DNA from: Bacteroidales bacterium
Lineage (GTDB): Bacteria > Bacteroidota > Bacteroidia > Bacteroidales > PUMT01
Assembly (NCBI GenBank): GCA_007125955.1
Contig: SLCF01000025.1
Location: 8,105-72,104, forward strand
DNA: 64,000 nucleotides
Direction of reading: 5' to 3'
A program made the position numbers and the translations under genes. How positions within the stretch are numbered: position 1 is the stretch's first letter; every line of letters starts with the position of its first letter. Below are positions 9,595-19,318 of this stretch, in pieces. The notes beneath the pieces were generated by a model. That model made no database searches, was not told where the DNA came from, and saw nothing but the letters and a program-made list of their open reading frames with translations.

Positions 9595-10887
9595 TTAATC
9601 CAGTTCAAATTCATTTCTTATAACATCAACATAATCAAGCTTTTCCCAGGAAAAGAATTCGACTTTTTTGAAGTTCTTCTTTACACCGTTTACGGTTTTG
9701 GTATAGGTGTCTTTATTGGTGTAGCCAACTTCAACTTCCCTGGTAAACGGGTCTCTTCCGAAATGGCCGTATGATGCTGTTTCCTGGAAAATCGGATTTT
9801 TCAGACCAAACCTTTTTATAATGGCGTAAGGTCTCAGGTCAAATATTTTTCGTATTTTAAGTTCTATTTCAGAATCAGTCATATCAACCTTTGATGTTCC
9901 GTAAGTGTTGACAAATATTCCTACCGGTTCTGCTTTGCCTATTGCGTATGCCACCTGGACGAGAATTTCATCTGCTACACCGGCAGCAACAAGGTTCTTT
10001 GCAATATGCCTGGTTGCATATGCTGCAGAACGGTCTACTTTTGAAGGGTCTTTTCCTGAAAAAGCGCCCCCGCCGTGCGCACCTTTACCGCCATATGTGT
10101 CGACAATTATTTTTCTCCCTGTTAGTCCGGTATCACCATGAGGCCCTCCGACAACAAACTTCCCGGTTGGATTGATTAGCAGCTTGAAATTGTTGTCAAA
10201 CAGCCTCCTTATATTTTCAGGAAGGGAATCCACTTTTCTGACCCTTGGCAGCAATATTTCGTGCACATCTTTTTCAATGACTCTTCTCATCTGCTCTTCG
10301 GTGTCAAAATCATCGTGCTGTGTTGATATAACTATGGTTTCAATACGTTTCGGGATATTGTCCGGTGTATATTCGACAGTTACCTGCGCCTTGGAGTCGG
10401 GGCGAAGGTAGGTCATCTCCTTCCCTTCGTGCCTTATGGCTGCCAGCTCCTGCAGCAATACGTGTGAAAGTTCAATGGGTACGGGCATATAATTTTCCAT
10501 TTCCCTGTTGGCGTAACCAAACATCATCCCCTGATCGCCTGCTCCCTGCTCTTCTTCCTTTTCCCTTACAACTCCCTGGTTAATATCGGGGGATTGCTCA
10601 TGAATGGCTGAGATTACCCCGCAAGAGTCAGCATCGAATTTATATGCTGAGCGGGTATAACCAATATCCCTGACCACACTCCTGGCAACATTCTGTATGT
10701 CGACATATCCGGTTGTGTTGACTTCACCGCAGCAAACAATAAGTCCTGTAGTTACCATTGTTTCACAAGCTACCTTTGATTCAGGGTCAGCTTTGAGGAA
10801 TTCATCCAGCAGTGCGTCTGAAATCTGATCGGCAATTTTGTCCGGGTGTCCTTCCGACACCGATTCTGAAGTAAATAGGTATCCCAT
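9595..10887 (-). CDS. metK: S-adenosylmethionine synthetase
   Basis: Full-length match to MetK hallmarks: [45 protein letters not shown]. Confidence 0.95.
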   Translation of the reverse strand: MGYLFTSESVSEGHPDKIADQISDALLDEFLKADPESKVACETMVTTGLIVCCGEVNTTGYVDIQNVARSVVRDIGYTRSAYKFDADSCGVISAIHEQSPDINQGVVREKEEEQGAGDQGMMFGYANREMENYMPVPIELSHVLLQELAAIRHEGKEMTYLRPDSKAQVTVEYTPDNIPKRIETIVISTQHDDFDTEEQMRRVIEKDVHEILLPRVRKVDSLPENIRRLFDNNFKLLINPTGKFVVGGPHGDTGLTGRKIIVDTYGGKGAHGGGAFSGKDPSKVDRSAAYATRHIAKNLVAAGVADEILVQVAYAIGKAEPVGIFVNTYGTSKVDMTDSEIELKIRKIFDLRPYAIIKRFGLKNPIFQETASYGHFGRDPFTREVEVGYTNKDTYTKTVNGVKKNFKKVEFFSWEKLDYVDVIRNEFELD

Positions 10888-11023
10888 TTTTTTAATTTTA
10901 TAGTTAAAAAATCGTTTAATAGTACCTGTGGAATATGGTGACTGGGAGAGGCAGCAGAATACGTTTTAGCATTTTTTACTGTGGTTGCAATCAGTCAAAT
11001 CTTTCCACCAGAATTTTACGGTG

Positions 11024-11031
11024 CAAACCTA
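11024..11031 (-). promoter_or_regulatory. candidate -7 promoter box (TAGGTTTG) for metK
   Basis: Plus-strand CAAACCTA is the reverse complement of TAnnTTTG. It implies a leader of about 130 nt before the metK ATG at 10887. Confidence 0.4.
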
Positions 11032-11185
11032 TTCATTATTAATAAGTATTCCAAAAGTTTTTGAGGCTTTGTTCAAATATGCTTAATATCATTGGGTTGA
11101 TTATTTGAAGTCGATTTTGTCATTTTGGCAAAGAGGATTAAACCGGCTCAATTAACAGACCCTGCAGGTTAATCCGGGAAAAGTG

Positions 11186-12085
11186 TTATCCCGTCAGTTC
11201 ACGGAAGAGCTCTTCAAGTGTTTTTTCCTGTTTTTGAAGTGACAGAACTGTAAGGTTATTATCTACTGCAAAACGAAATATTTCAGCCCTGATATCTTCC
11301 TTTCCCGAACTTTCAATTATCCACCTTTTTTTGTCGATCCATACTGCCTTTGCTGCACCGGGAATAGCAAGAAGCTGAGACTCTTCAACATTATCGCTGA
11401 ATTCAACCGTAACAGCTACTACCGTATCAGATCTTATTTCACCCGCTTTTCGGTCTGCTACGATTTCACCTTTATTTACAATTATTACTCTCTGGCATAT
11501 TGCTTCAACTTCTTGCATGATATGAGTTGAAAGCATTACCGTCTTTTCCATCCCCGCTTTTGATATAAGATTTCGTATCTCGATTATCTGGTTAGGGTCA
11601 AGTCCTGAAGTCGGTTCATCCAGAATCAGCACTTCCGGATCATGGATCAGTACCTGCGCAAGTCCAACCCTTTGCCTGTAACCTTTTGAAAGGGCGCCTA
11701 TCTTTTTGTGCTTTTCCGGGGCAAGTCCGGTAACTTCAATAATATCACCCGTTAGCCTTTTAATGTTTTTTTTTCTGAAAAGAGCTGCTACAAAACAAAG
11801 GTATTCCTGAACATACATATCCGGATACAAAGGATTGTTTTCAGGCAGGTACCCGACTGTCTGCTTTATTTGCCTTGAATTGCTCCTTACTTCAGTACCG
11901 TTTATTAAGACCGTTCCTGATGTCGGGGGGAGGTATCCGGTGATTATCTTCATCATGGTTGTTTTCCCGGCACCGTTGGGTCCAAGGAAACCAAGTATCT
12001 CCCCGGTGCTGACAGTGAAAGAAACATCGTCGAGAGCTTTTTGCTTTCCGTATATTTTTGTAACATTTTTTACAACAACCGGCAT
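11186..12085 (-). CDS. gldA: ABC transporter ATP-binding protein, gliding-motility GldA-like
   Basis: Walker A GPNGAGKTT, signature LSKGYRQRV, Walker B ILILDEP. Size (~300 aa) and extended blocks (YLPENNPLYPDMYVQEYL; STHIMQEVEAICQRVIIVNKGEIVA) resemble GldA as I remember it. Confidence 0.7.
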   Translation of the reverse strand: MPVVVKNVTKIYGKQKALDDVSFTVSTGEILGFLGPNGAGKTTMMKIITGYLPPTSGTVLINGTEVRSNSRQIKQTVGYLPENNPLYPDMYVQEYLCFVAALFRKKNIKRLTGDIIEVTGLAPEKHKKIGALSKGYRQRVGLAQVLIHDPEVLILDEPTSGLDPNQIIEIRNLISKAGMEKTVMLSTHIMQEVEAICQRVIIVNKGEIVADRKAGEIRSDTVVAVTVEFSDNVEESQLLAIPGAAKAVWIDKKRWIIESSGKEDIRAEIFRFAVDNNLTVLSLQKQEKTLEELFRELTG

Positions 12086-12186
12086 AATGGCAATAGTATT
12101 CTATAAACAAACGAAAATAAGAAAAATATGACAAGCGCCAAAACCAATTTTTTGTTGCTTTTCAGATTTTATTTATTTCAAATTGC

Positions 12187-12194
12187 TATTTTTG
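12187..12194 (+). promoter_or_regulatory. candidate -7 promoter box (TATTTTTG) for asnS
   Basis: Matches TAnnTTTG, about 134 nt upstream of the ATG at 12328. Confidence 0.4.
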
Positions 12195-12327
12195 CAGGTG
12201 TTAAATTTCAGGCACGCAGCAGAATGATTAATGAGTTATTTCTGCGGTTTCCTGTCAGATAAAATGCAATTAAATATACCGGCTTTTGCCGGATAACTGT
12301 TTTATCCGGAAAATAAAAAATCAATTA

Positions 12328-13725
12328 ATGGGTATTAAAGCAAGGACAAGAGTTAAAGAAGCCCTTTCATCAAAGGAATACGGAAAGGAACTGACCTTAA
12401 AAGGATGGGTGCGCACACGCAGGGGAAATAAAAAGATAGCTTTTATTTCCCTGAATGACGGATCTACAATTAACAACATACAGATAGTCGCCGATGTTCC
12501 TCTTTTTGGCGATGCTCTTTTGAAGAAGATCACCACGGGCTCGTGTATTTCAGTAACAGGTGAATTGAAGGAGAGTATGGGCAAAGGTCAGAATGTAGAG
12601 ATACTGGCAAAAAAGATTGAACTTTACGGCACAGCCGATCCTTCGAGCTACCCGTTGCAAAAGAAGGGTCATACTCTTGAGTTCCTGAGGGAGATAGCTC
12701 ATCTGCGTCCAAGGACAAAAACCTTTGGAGCTGTACTCAGGATCCGCCATGCTATGGCTTACGCAATTCACAAGTTTTTCAACGATAAAGGATTTTACTA
12801 TCTCCACACCCCTGTCATAACAGGTGCCGATGCTGAAGGTGCCGGTGAAATGTTCCGGGTGACAACTCTTGATATTTCAAATCCTCCCATGACAGAAGAT
12901 AACAAAGTGGATTACAAGCAGGATTTTTTCGGCAGGGAGACCAATCTGACAGTCTCCGGTCAGCTGGAAGCAGAGCTTGGTGCGTTGGCTCTATCGGAAG
13001 TATACACATTCGGTCCCACATTTCGCGCAGAGAATTCAAATACGCCGAGGCATCTTGCAGAATTCTGGATGATAGAACCGGAGATGGCATTCTGCGATAT
13101 TGAAGATAATATGGATCTTGCAGAGGAGTTTTTGAAATACCTGCTTGTCCGTCTTCTTGATCAATGCGGTGAGGATATAGAATTCCTTGCAGGGATGTAC
13201 GACGAGGAGCTTACGAACCGTATAAGGCATGTTGCTGAAAATGAATTCATCAGAATAAGCTATGGCGAGGCTGTAGATATTCTTTCCGGATCCGGACAAA
13301 AGTTTGAATTTCCGAATCACTGGGGTGCTGATCTGCAGTCCGAGCATGAAAGATTTCTTGTTGAGAAGCACTTCAAAAAACCTGTTATAATAACCGGATA
13401 TCCAAAAGAGATAAAAGCTTTTTATATGAAACAGAACGATGACGGCATAACAGTGAGGGCAATGGATGTGCTTTTCCCAAGGATAGGAGAAATAATTGGT
13501 GGTTCCCAGAGGGAAGAGGATATGGATAAACTGGAGAAGAGGATTAAGGAAATGAATATTCCAAGAGATGAATTGTGGTGGTATCTTGACACACGCCGTT
13601 TTGGAACCGCTCCCCACAGTGGTTTTGGGTTGGGATTCGAGAGGCTTATGCTTTTTGTTACAGGAATGAGCAATATACGTGATGTCATACCTTTTCCAAG
13701 GACTCCGAATAATGCAGAGTTCTGA
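12328..13725 (+). CDS. asnS: asparagine--tRNA ligase
   Basis: ORF 12286..13725 begins at a TTG. The ATG at 12328 ([13 protein letters not shown]) fits AsnS length. Class II motifs present: [36 protein letters not shown]. Confidence 0.95.
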   Translation: MGIKARTRVKEALSSKEYGKELTLKGWVRTRRGNKKIAFISLNDGSTINNIQIVADVPLFGDALLKKITTGSCISVTGELKESMGKGQNVEILAKKIELYGTADPSSYPLQKKGHTLEFLREIAHLRPRTKTFGAVLRIRHAMAYAIHKFFNDKGFYYLHTPVITGADAEGAGEMFRVTTLDISNPPMTEDNKVDYKQDFFGRETNLTVSGQLEAELGALALSEVYTFGPTFRAENSNTPRHLAEFWMIEPEMAFCDIEDNMDLAEEFLKYLLVRLLDQCGEDIEFLAGMYDEELTNRIRHVAENEFIRISYGEAVDILSGSGQKFEFPNHWGADLQSEHERFLVEKHFKKPVIITGYPKEIKAFYMKQNDDGITVRAMDVLFPRIGEIIGGSQREEDMDKLEKRIKEMNIPRDELWWYLDTRRFGTAPHSGFGLGFERLMLFVTGMSNIRDVIPFPRTPNNAEF

Positions 13726-13842
13726 TTCTCCTTTTCCGGTTTTTTTTCATCAAAGAATTTACAGGAATATTGAAATCTCTTTTGCAGCATTTCTTATTTG
13801 AAAATTTTGTAAATTGCCGTCAGGACAGAGCGCTGAAAAGAT

Positions 13843-15300
13843 ATGTTAAAGCAAAGATTACAGCAGAAGCTTCTTCAAAAACTTTCACCACAGCAAATTC
13901 AGATGATAAAGCTGCTGGAAGTCCCGACAATGCAGCTTGAGCAACGGATAAAGAAGGAGCTGGAGGAGAATCCCGCTTTGGAAGAAGGTGAAGAACATAC
14001 TCCCGAAGAAAATGCAGATGAGGTGGATACCGGAGAAGATAGTGCAGGGGAGGACCAGGACGAATTTTCTTTTGAAGACTACATTGAAGATGATGAGACC
14101 CCTGCTTACCGTCTAAACATAAGCAATTACTCCAAAGACGATAAAAGGGAAGAGATACCTCTCGGTACCGAATCGACTTTCAGGTCTCATCTTGAGAGTC
14201 AGCTCGGATTGTGCTCACTTGATGAGCGCAGTCAGATGCTGGCAAGGCAAATACTCGGCAACCTCGATGAGGACGGCTACCTGCGGCGCCGACTTGATGC
14301 AATTGCAGATGACCTTGTTTTTTCACAAAATATTAAAACAGATGAAGCGGAGCTTTATGAAGTGCTCAGGGTTATACAAGACTTTGATCCTCCGGGTGTG
14401 GGGGCACGCGACTTGCAGGAATGTCTTTTACTTCAGATAAGCCGCAAGGATCAAAGCGCAGATTCCGTTGAGCTGGGGCACACAATAATAAAAGGTTATT
14501 TCAAAGAATTTATCAAGAAGCATTATGATAAGATTATAAAAAGACTTGATATATCTGAACATGAGCTGAAAGGAGCAATAAACGAGATTCTTAAGCTCAA
14601 TCCCAAACCCGGCAGTCTTTACAGCGATTCTGTTACAAATCCTTCATACCAGATTGTGCCCGATTTTATTCTTGACTATGTTGACGGTGAATTCATCCTG
14701 AATCTAAATATCCGCAATACCCCTGATCTGAAACTTAACAGGACTTACTGTGAAATGCTTGAAAATATAAACGGGAAGAAAGACGGCAAATCAAAAAAAG
14801 ACAAAGAAACCATCACTTTTGTCAAGCAAAAACTCGATTCTGCAAAATGGTTTATTGATGCCATAATTCAAAGGCAGAACACTCTTATGGTTACCATGAA
14901 CGCAATTCTCGAATACCAGAAGGTTTTTTTTGCCGACGGTGACGAGACGAAGCTAAAGCCCATGATACTTAAAGATATTGCAGAAAAAACGGGACTTGAC
15001 ATATCGACTGTAAGCAGGGTTGCAAACAGCAAGTATATCCAGACGCATTTCGGGATATACCCGCTGAAATATTTTTTCTCTGAAGGTTTGCAGAATGAAG
15101 CCGGAGAAGAAGTTTCAACAAGGGAGATCAAATCTATTCTGAAAGAGTGTATCGAGAATGAAGATAAAAGGAAACCTGTTACTGATGAAAAGCTGGCGGC
15201 AATTCTTAAAGAAAAAGGCTACAGTATTGCAAGGCGCACGGTTGCCAAGTACCGCGAACAACTTAATATACCGGTTGCCAGATTGAGGAAAGTTCTGTAA
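13843..15300 (+). CDS. rpoN: RNA polymerase sigma-54 factor
   Basis: N-terminal Gln/Leu-rich region I (LQQKLLQKLSPQQIQMIKLL), acidic region II, and C-terminal HTH and RpoN box (ARRTVAKYREQLNIP). Confidence 0.95.
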   Translation: MLKQRLQQKLLQKLSPQQIQMIKLLEVPTMQLEQRIKKELEENPALEEGEEHTPEENADEVDTGEDSAGEDQDEFSFEDYIEDDETPAYRLNISNYSKDDKREEIPLGTESTFRSHLESQLGLCSLDERSQMLARQILGNLDEDGYLRRRLDAIADDLVFSQNIKTDEAELYEVLRVIQDFDPPGVGARDLQECLLLQISRKDQSADSVELGHTIIKGYFKEFIKKHYDKIIKRLDISEHELKGAINEILKLNPKPGSLYSDSVTNPSYQIVPDFILDYVDGEFILNLNIRNTPDLKLNRTYCEMLENINGKKDGKSKKDKETITFVKQKLDSAKWFIDAIIQRQNTLMVTMNAILEYQKVFFADGDETKLKPMILKDIAEKTGLDISTVSRVANSKYIQTHFGIYPLKYFFSEGLQNEAGEEVSTREIKSILKECIENEDKRKPVTDEKLAAILKEKGYSIARRTVAKYREQLNIPVARLRKVL

Positions 15301-15319
15301 AAATTTCGTCTAGTTAAGT

Positions 15320-15925
15320 ATGCAAAAAAAGACGGCAAAAGTTTTATCTATTATTTTTCATCCGCTGTTAATGACCTCGTTCGGCATATTGCTGATTTAT
15401 CTTTCGGGCGTAAACATCGGGAGTTTAACATTTGAACAGAAAAGAGCCATATTTTTGATCGTATTTTCAGGGACTTTTTTACTTCCCTTGTGTTTAATAC
15501 CACTTTTATTGTTGTTCCGGATGGTATCGAGTGTTCATATGAACACCCTCAAGGAAAGGGTGCTTCCGCTTTTTTTTACTCTGATTGTCTACTTGTTCAC
15601 TTTTCGCCTTATGTCCGGGTTCTTGCCCGGAGCTCTGTATTTATTTATGACAGGTGTTATTATATCTGTTGGATTGGTCTTTGCGGTATCTTTTTTTTGG
15701 AAAATCAGTGCCCATATGGTTGGAGTGGGAGGTTTGGCAGGACTGCTGATTTCTCTCTCATTCTTCTTTTCTGTCAACCTTGCCGCCTATATCATGCTGG
15801 TTTTAATTGCTGCCGGCCTGCTTGGCTTTTCAAGAATTGAGCTGAAGGCACACAGCCCATCACAGGTTTATACAGGATTTCTTTCCGGGACAGCAGTCAT
15901 GATAATGGTCTTCTATCTCTCGTGA
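15320..15925 (+). CDS. polytopic membrane protein, possibly degenerate PAP2-like
   Basis: About 6 predicted TM helices. SAH and SRIELKAHSPSQ segments loosely resemble PAP2 motifs C2/C3 (PSGH; SRxxxxxHxxxD). The assignment is weak. Confidence 0.45.
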   Translation: MQKKTAKVLSIIFHPLLMTSFGILLIYLSGVNIGSLTFEQKRAIFLIVFSGTFLLPLCLIPLLLLFRMVSSVHMNTLKERVLPLFFTLIVYLFTFRLMSGFLPGALYLFMTGVIISVGLVFAVSFFWKISAHMVGVGGLAGLLISLSFFFSVNLAAYIMLVLIAAGLLGFSRIELKAHSPSQVYTGFLSGTAVMIMVFYLS

Positions 15926-17010
15926 TTTTTAAGCTTTTCTATCAATCCTGCCAGCAACCCGGGATTATACCCCGGAGCGGGGAATGAATATTCTTCCGAT
16001 AACTCAAGTGCCCTTAAAAGATCAAAATTACCTTGTTTTTCACTGTAATACCAGCCTTTTTGTTTAAGTCTCCCGGCCAGGTACTCCTGTTCGGGCTGGC
16101 CGGGAGTGGGTATGAATATTGCCCGCTTCCCGAGTGTTGCCATGTCGGCGACTGAACTGTAGCCGCTTCTGCATATTACTGTTTCGGATCTGTTGATGGC
16201 ATGCAAAAGTTCACCGGTCTTCATATAGGGGATTTTTTTGAGGTTTCCTGACTGAGTGGGGGAAACCTTGTTCTTTGCAGGGAGGCCGCTAACCATAAGT
16301 GACGGAAATTCTGCCGGCGAAAGCTGTTTTGTTAGTATATCCTCAAAAATCGACCTCTGTGGCTCAGGACCCGAGATTATTGCTATCACCCTCCATACTT
16401 TTTTTTCAGTATGAGAAGGGATATTTTTAAATATTGAAAAATGGCTGAGCCAACCTGTATGAAAGTATTTTTCCTTTTTCAGGGCAGGCTGTGATATTAA
16501 TCCGGAAAGACTGTATTTCCCCGGAATGTCAGGAATCCAGCATTCGTCAAAAAAATTGCAGGCTTTATTTAAAGCATAAGAGATGGCTGACCGGAAAACT
16601 TTAAGTTTTCCGGGGATGAAGACAAATAGCTGATGGGTGATAATTATGCTAAATGCTCTTTTGTTGAAAACCCCGTAGCGGTTATCTGATATGATTATAT
16701 CAGGCTTTAACGTCTTAACTAATCTGCGGGCAAGAAAAAATTCCCTTACAGAGTGAAACAGAAATCCGGGGATCCTTTTTATAGCGCCTTTCATGAAATT
16801 ACTATCCGGGTAGGTAATTTTCATTCCGGGCAAATTGTAACATTTTAAGTCAGGAAAGGCATCTTTGATTACAAGGCGTGCATTACCTCCGGCAGCCGTT
16901 ATAACTTCGAAATCCTTTTTCAGAAGAGATATCAGCGGAATCATGCGGGTTGCATGTCCCAGTCCCCAGTCAAGCGGACAAACCAGTATTTTTTTCCGTA
17001 CAGCCGACAA
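15913..17010 (-). CDS. glycosyltransferase (GT-B, MurG/UDP-glucuronosyltransferase-like family)
   Basis: N-terminus KILVCPLDWGLGHATRMIPL is typical of the GT1/GT28-like MGT group. C-terminal RSGYSSVADMATLGKRAIFIP resembles the nucleotide-sugar binding half. Confidence 0.7.
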   Translation of the reverse strand: MSAVRKKILVCPLDWGLGHATRMIPLISLLKKDFEVITAAGGNARLVIKDAFPDLKCYNLPGMKITYPDSNFMKGAIKRIPGFLFHSVREFFLARRLVKTLKPDIIISDNRYGVFNKRAFSIIITHQLFVFIPGKLKVFRSAISYALNKACNFFDECWIPDIPGKYSLSGLISQPALKKEKYFHTGWLSHFSIFKNIPSHTEKKVWRVIAIISGPEPQRSIFEDILTKQLSPAEFPSLMVSGLPAKNKVSPTQSGNLKKIPYMKTGELLHAINRSETVICRSGYSSVADMATLGKRAIFIPTPGQPEQEYLAGRLKQKGWYYSEKQGNFDLLRALELSEEYSFPAPGYNPGLLAGLIEKLKNHER

Positions 17011-17058
17011 TTATTTGCATATTTCGGTTAATCAAATAGAAAACCGGTATCAAATTTC

Positions 17059-17838
17059 TTATGCAGATATGCTTACCGGGATCCCGTAGCTTTCTACTTT
17101 TTCAGCTATTGCCTTCAGCTTTTCAGGGGATACTTTTTTCAATCCTCTCACCGGAGTGTCACGTGCAATAGTGTATATCATAACCTCACGGGGATTCAAT
17201 TTCCTGACAAGGGGCAACCAGGCGTTTAACTCAGTTTCAGTTGTGTTGTCAACATTCTTGCCTTTGTATGACCCCTTGATGAATAATGTTTGCAGAATAA
17301 AATCGCCTTTAAAAAGCAGCAGTTTTTTCACTGCTTCATCAAGACTGAATTCCGGTGGAGGCTGGTTTAAAAATCTGATGGTGCTTTCAATCCCTGAATC
17401 GAGCTTGAGAATGTTCTGGTCAACCTTTTTAAGAGCCCTGAATACATCATCCCTTTGAATCATACTTGCATTTGACAGCACCGCAATTCGGGCCTCAGGA
17501 AAAAAATCATTCCTGAGTGAAACCGTATCTTCGGTTATGCCGGCAAATTCAGGATGAATTGTAGGCTCCCCGTTACCTGCAAATGTTATTACATCAGGAC
17601 GGCTTCCTTCACTCTTCATATTCTTGAGCATCTGCCTCAGGTCTTCCTGCACCTTCTTTCTTGATGGGTAAAGATTTACGTTATATGGTCGGGGAGAAGT
17701 CCATCCACATTCGCAGTAAATACAGTTGAAACTGCACCACTTGGAGTTGGTAGGCAAAAGGTTTATCCCAAGTGAAGTGCCAAGTCTTCTGCTTTTGACC
17801 GGACCGAATACTATTTTATCGAAGAGAAAAGTAGCCAT
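17059..17838 (-). CDS. radical SAM protein
   Basis: CxxxCxxC cluster motif (CSFNCIYC) near the N-terminus and a GNGEPT glycine-rich SAM motif. Specific function unknown. Confidence 0.8.
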   Translation of the reverse strand: MATFLFDKIVFGPVKSRRLGTSLGINLLPTNSKWCSFNCIYCECGWTSPRPYNVNLYPSRKKVQEDLRQMLKNMKSEGSRPDVITFAGNGEPTIHPEFAGITEDTVSLRNDFFPEARIAVLSNASMIQRDDVFRALKKVDQNILKLDSGIESTIRFLNQPPPEFSLDEAVKKLLLFKGDFILQTLFIKGSYKGKNVDNTTETELNAWLPLVRKLNPREVMIYTIARDTPVRGLKKVSPEKLKAIAEKVESYGIPVSISA

Positions 17839-18007
17839 ATTATAGACAAAAAATGCAAATGTAAATAAAATTTTTTCATCAAAAATTATACACTGGCAGA
17901 AGAAAATAATTATTGGAAAGCAAAGCGGTTCAATTGAGCAAGGCAGATTTCCTTCTGCAGTTAACTGATCGGATGATAATTGTCATTGTGTGGACAGATT
18001 TTCGCCT

Positions 18008-18015
18008 TAATTTTG
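18008..18015 (+). promoter_or_regulatory. candidate -7 promoter box (TAATTTTG) for the hemerythrin-like gene
   Basis: Matches TAnnTTTG, 40 nt upstream of the ATG at 18055. Confidence 0.45.
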
Positions 18016-18054
18016 TATCAATAAAATATTTAATAATTGATAACCTCAAGTGGT

Positions 18055-18477
18055 ATGACAGCAAAAAATCCTTCCGGCCCATTTGCCTGGAAAGAAGAAT
18101 ACAGCGTAAACCTTGATCTGATCGATATACACCATAAGAAGTTCATTGATATTCTCAATAATCTTCACAACGCAATATCCACGAAACCCTGCAGGGAGGA
18201 TATATCCGATATATTTTTCTCTCTCGTCTATTATGCAGAAAACCATCTGGTAAATGAGGAAATATACCTGAAGGAACGTGGTTATCCCGATTTCGCCCGT
18301 CATAAAGAGAATCACAACAATTTTATTGAAAGGGTAATCAAATTCCAGGAAGATTTCAGGAAAGGCAAGGAGAATGTTTGTGATGATATGTATGAATTTC
18401 TGAAAAACTGGTTCGAAAACCATATACTGAAATACGACAGGGAGGCTGTATTATTCCTCAGGCAAAAAGAGTCCTGA
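18055..18477 (+). CDS. hemerythrin-like metal-binding protein (bacteriohemerythrin)
   Basis: ORF 18037..18477 starts at a TTG; the ATG is at 18055. Motifs: FAWKEEYSVNLDLIDIHHKKF, plus later His/Glu ligand motifs (HLVNEE, HKENH, HILKYD). Confidence 0.8.
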   Translation: MTAKNPSGPFAWKEEYSVNLDLIDIHHKKFIDILNNLHNAISTKPCREDISDIFFSLVYYAENHLVNEEIYLKERGYPDFARHKENHNNFIERVIKFQEDFRKGKENVCDDMYEFLKNWFENHILKYDREAVLFLRQKES

Positions 18478-18537
18478 TTTTTTGTTGTTTCAGCAGGTAA
18501 TATCATCCTGCTATTTACCTTAATCCGGAGTTTCACT

Positions 18538-19302
18538 TTAAGGCATATTCTGGTATTCCAGCTTTATATTGTATACATCTGCATGTTTAACCCATATTGA
18601 ATCAGGGTTGCTGTGATTAAGGATTTTGCCTCTCAGCCTTGTTACGTTTGTGTCGGTAAGCTCTTTAGTAATAGAATAATTCCTGAGCCTGCCATCTTTG
18701 GTTATCCTTTCTTCGTCAAAATAATCCCTGTAACCTTCTTCAGTACCGTCATCATACCAGAACCAAAGTGTAATACGTGGATTTTCAGAAAAATCCTGTG
18801 GCTGCATTCTAATCTGGGCTGAAAAAGTATAAATACCGGGTCCTTCAACGGCCACATCCACATCTATCAATTCGTTTGCCCCGTCATCAGGGAAACTCCA
18901 ATTACTTTTCCTGTCCCAGATATTTTCAGTTTCAAATGCTTCCGGGTCTTCTCTGGTAATTGCAGACAACTCTGATTGCCGTCTGTTGAGTTTTTCAACC
19001 ACCTGTTCGTACATCCGTTCAAAATTAGCAGGATCAAATGCGTAATAATTCATAGATTTTTCGAATTGAATCCTGTCGACTCCGTGCTTGCTGAAAATTT
19101 CCGAATAATAATCAATACTGTCACTTTTATCTAATATATCGTTGTGATGAGATATCACTCCGTCAAAATAGTGCAGGTCGGTAAGCAAATTAACAAGATC
19201 ATCCGGGGGAATAATATCCTTTCCCGGAGGGCCCAGCGGATTTGTACTGCATGCAGCAACAACTATTAATATTAAGGAAAAAATAACAAGCAAACGACTC
19301 AT
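18538..19302 (-). CDS. lipoprotein with DUF4296-like N-terminal domain and extra C-terminal domain
   Basis: Lipoprotein signal MSRLLVIFSLILIVVAAC. The N-terminal segment (IIPPDDLVNLLTDLHYFDGV) resembles DUF4296. About 140 additional C-terminal residues have no motif I recognise. Confidence 0.55.
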   Translation of the reverse strand: MSRLLVIFSLILIVVAACSTNPLGPPGKDIIPPDDLVNLLTDLHYFDGVISHHNDILDKSDSIDYYSEIFSKHGVDRIQFEKSMNYYAFDPANFERMYEQVVEKLNRRQSELSAITREDPEAFETENIWDRKSNWSFPDDGANELIDVDVAVEGPGIYTFSAQIRMQPQDFSENPRITLWFWYDDGTEEGYRDYFDEERITKDGRLRNYSITKELTDTNVTRLRGKILNHSNPDSIWVKHADVYNIKLEYQNMP

Positions 19303-19318
19303 AATTAAAGATGGTTAC

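Noticed and set aside
13036-13617. 193-aa minus-strand ORF inside asnS, plus other antisense ORFs at 12321..13790
   Set aside because: They overlap a full-length, motif-rich asnS on the opposite strand, and the translations have no recognisable features.
18492-18512. 6-bp hairpin (AGCAGG / CCTGCT) between the convergent hemerythrin-like and lipoprotein genes, considered as a terminator
   Set aside because: The stem is short, the loop is 9 nt, and there is no U-tract on either strand. Too weak to call.
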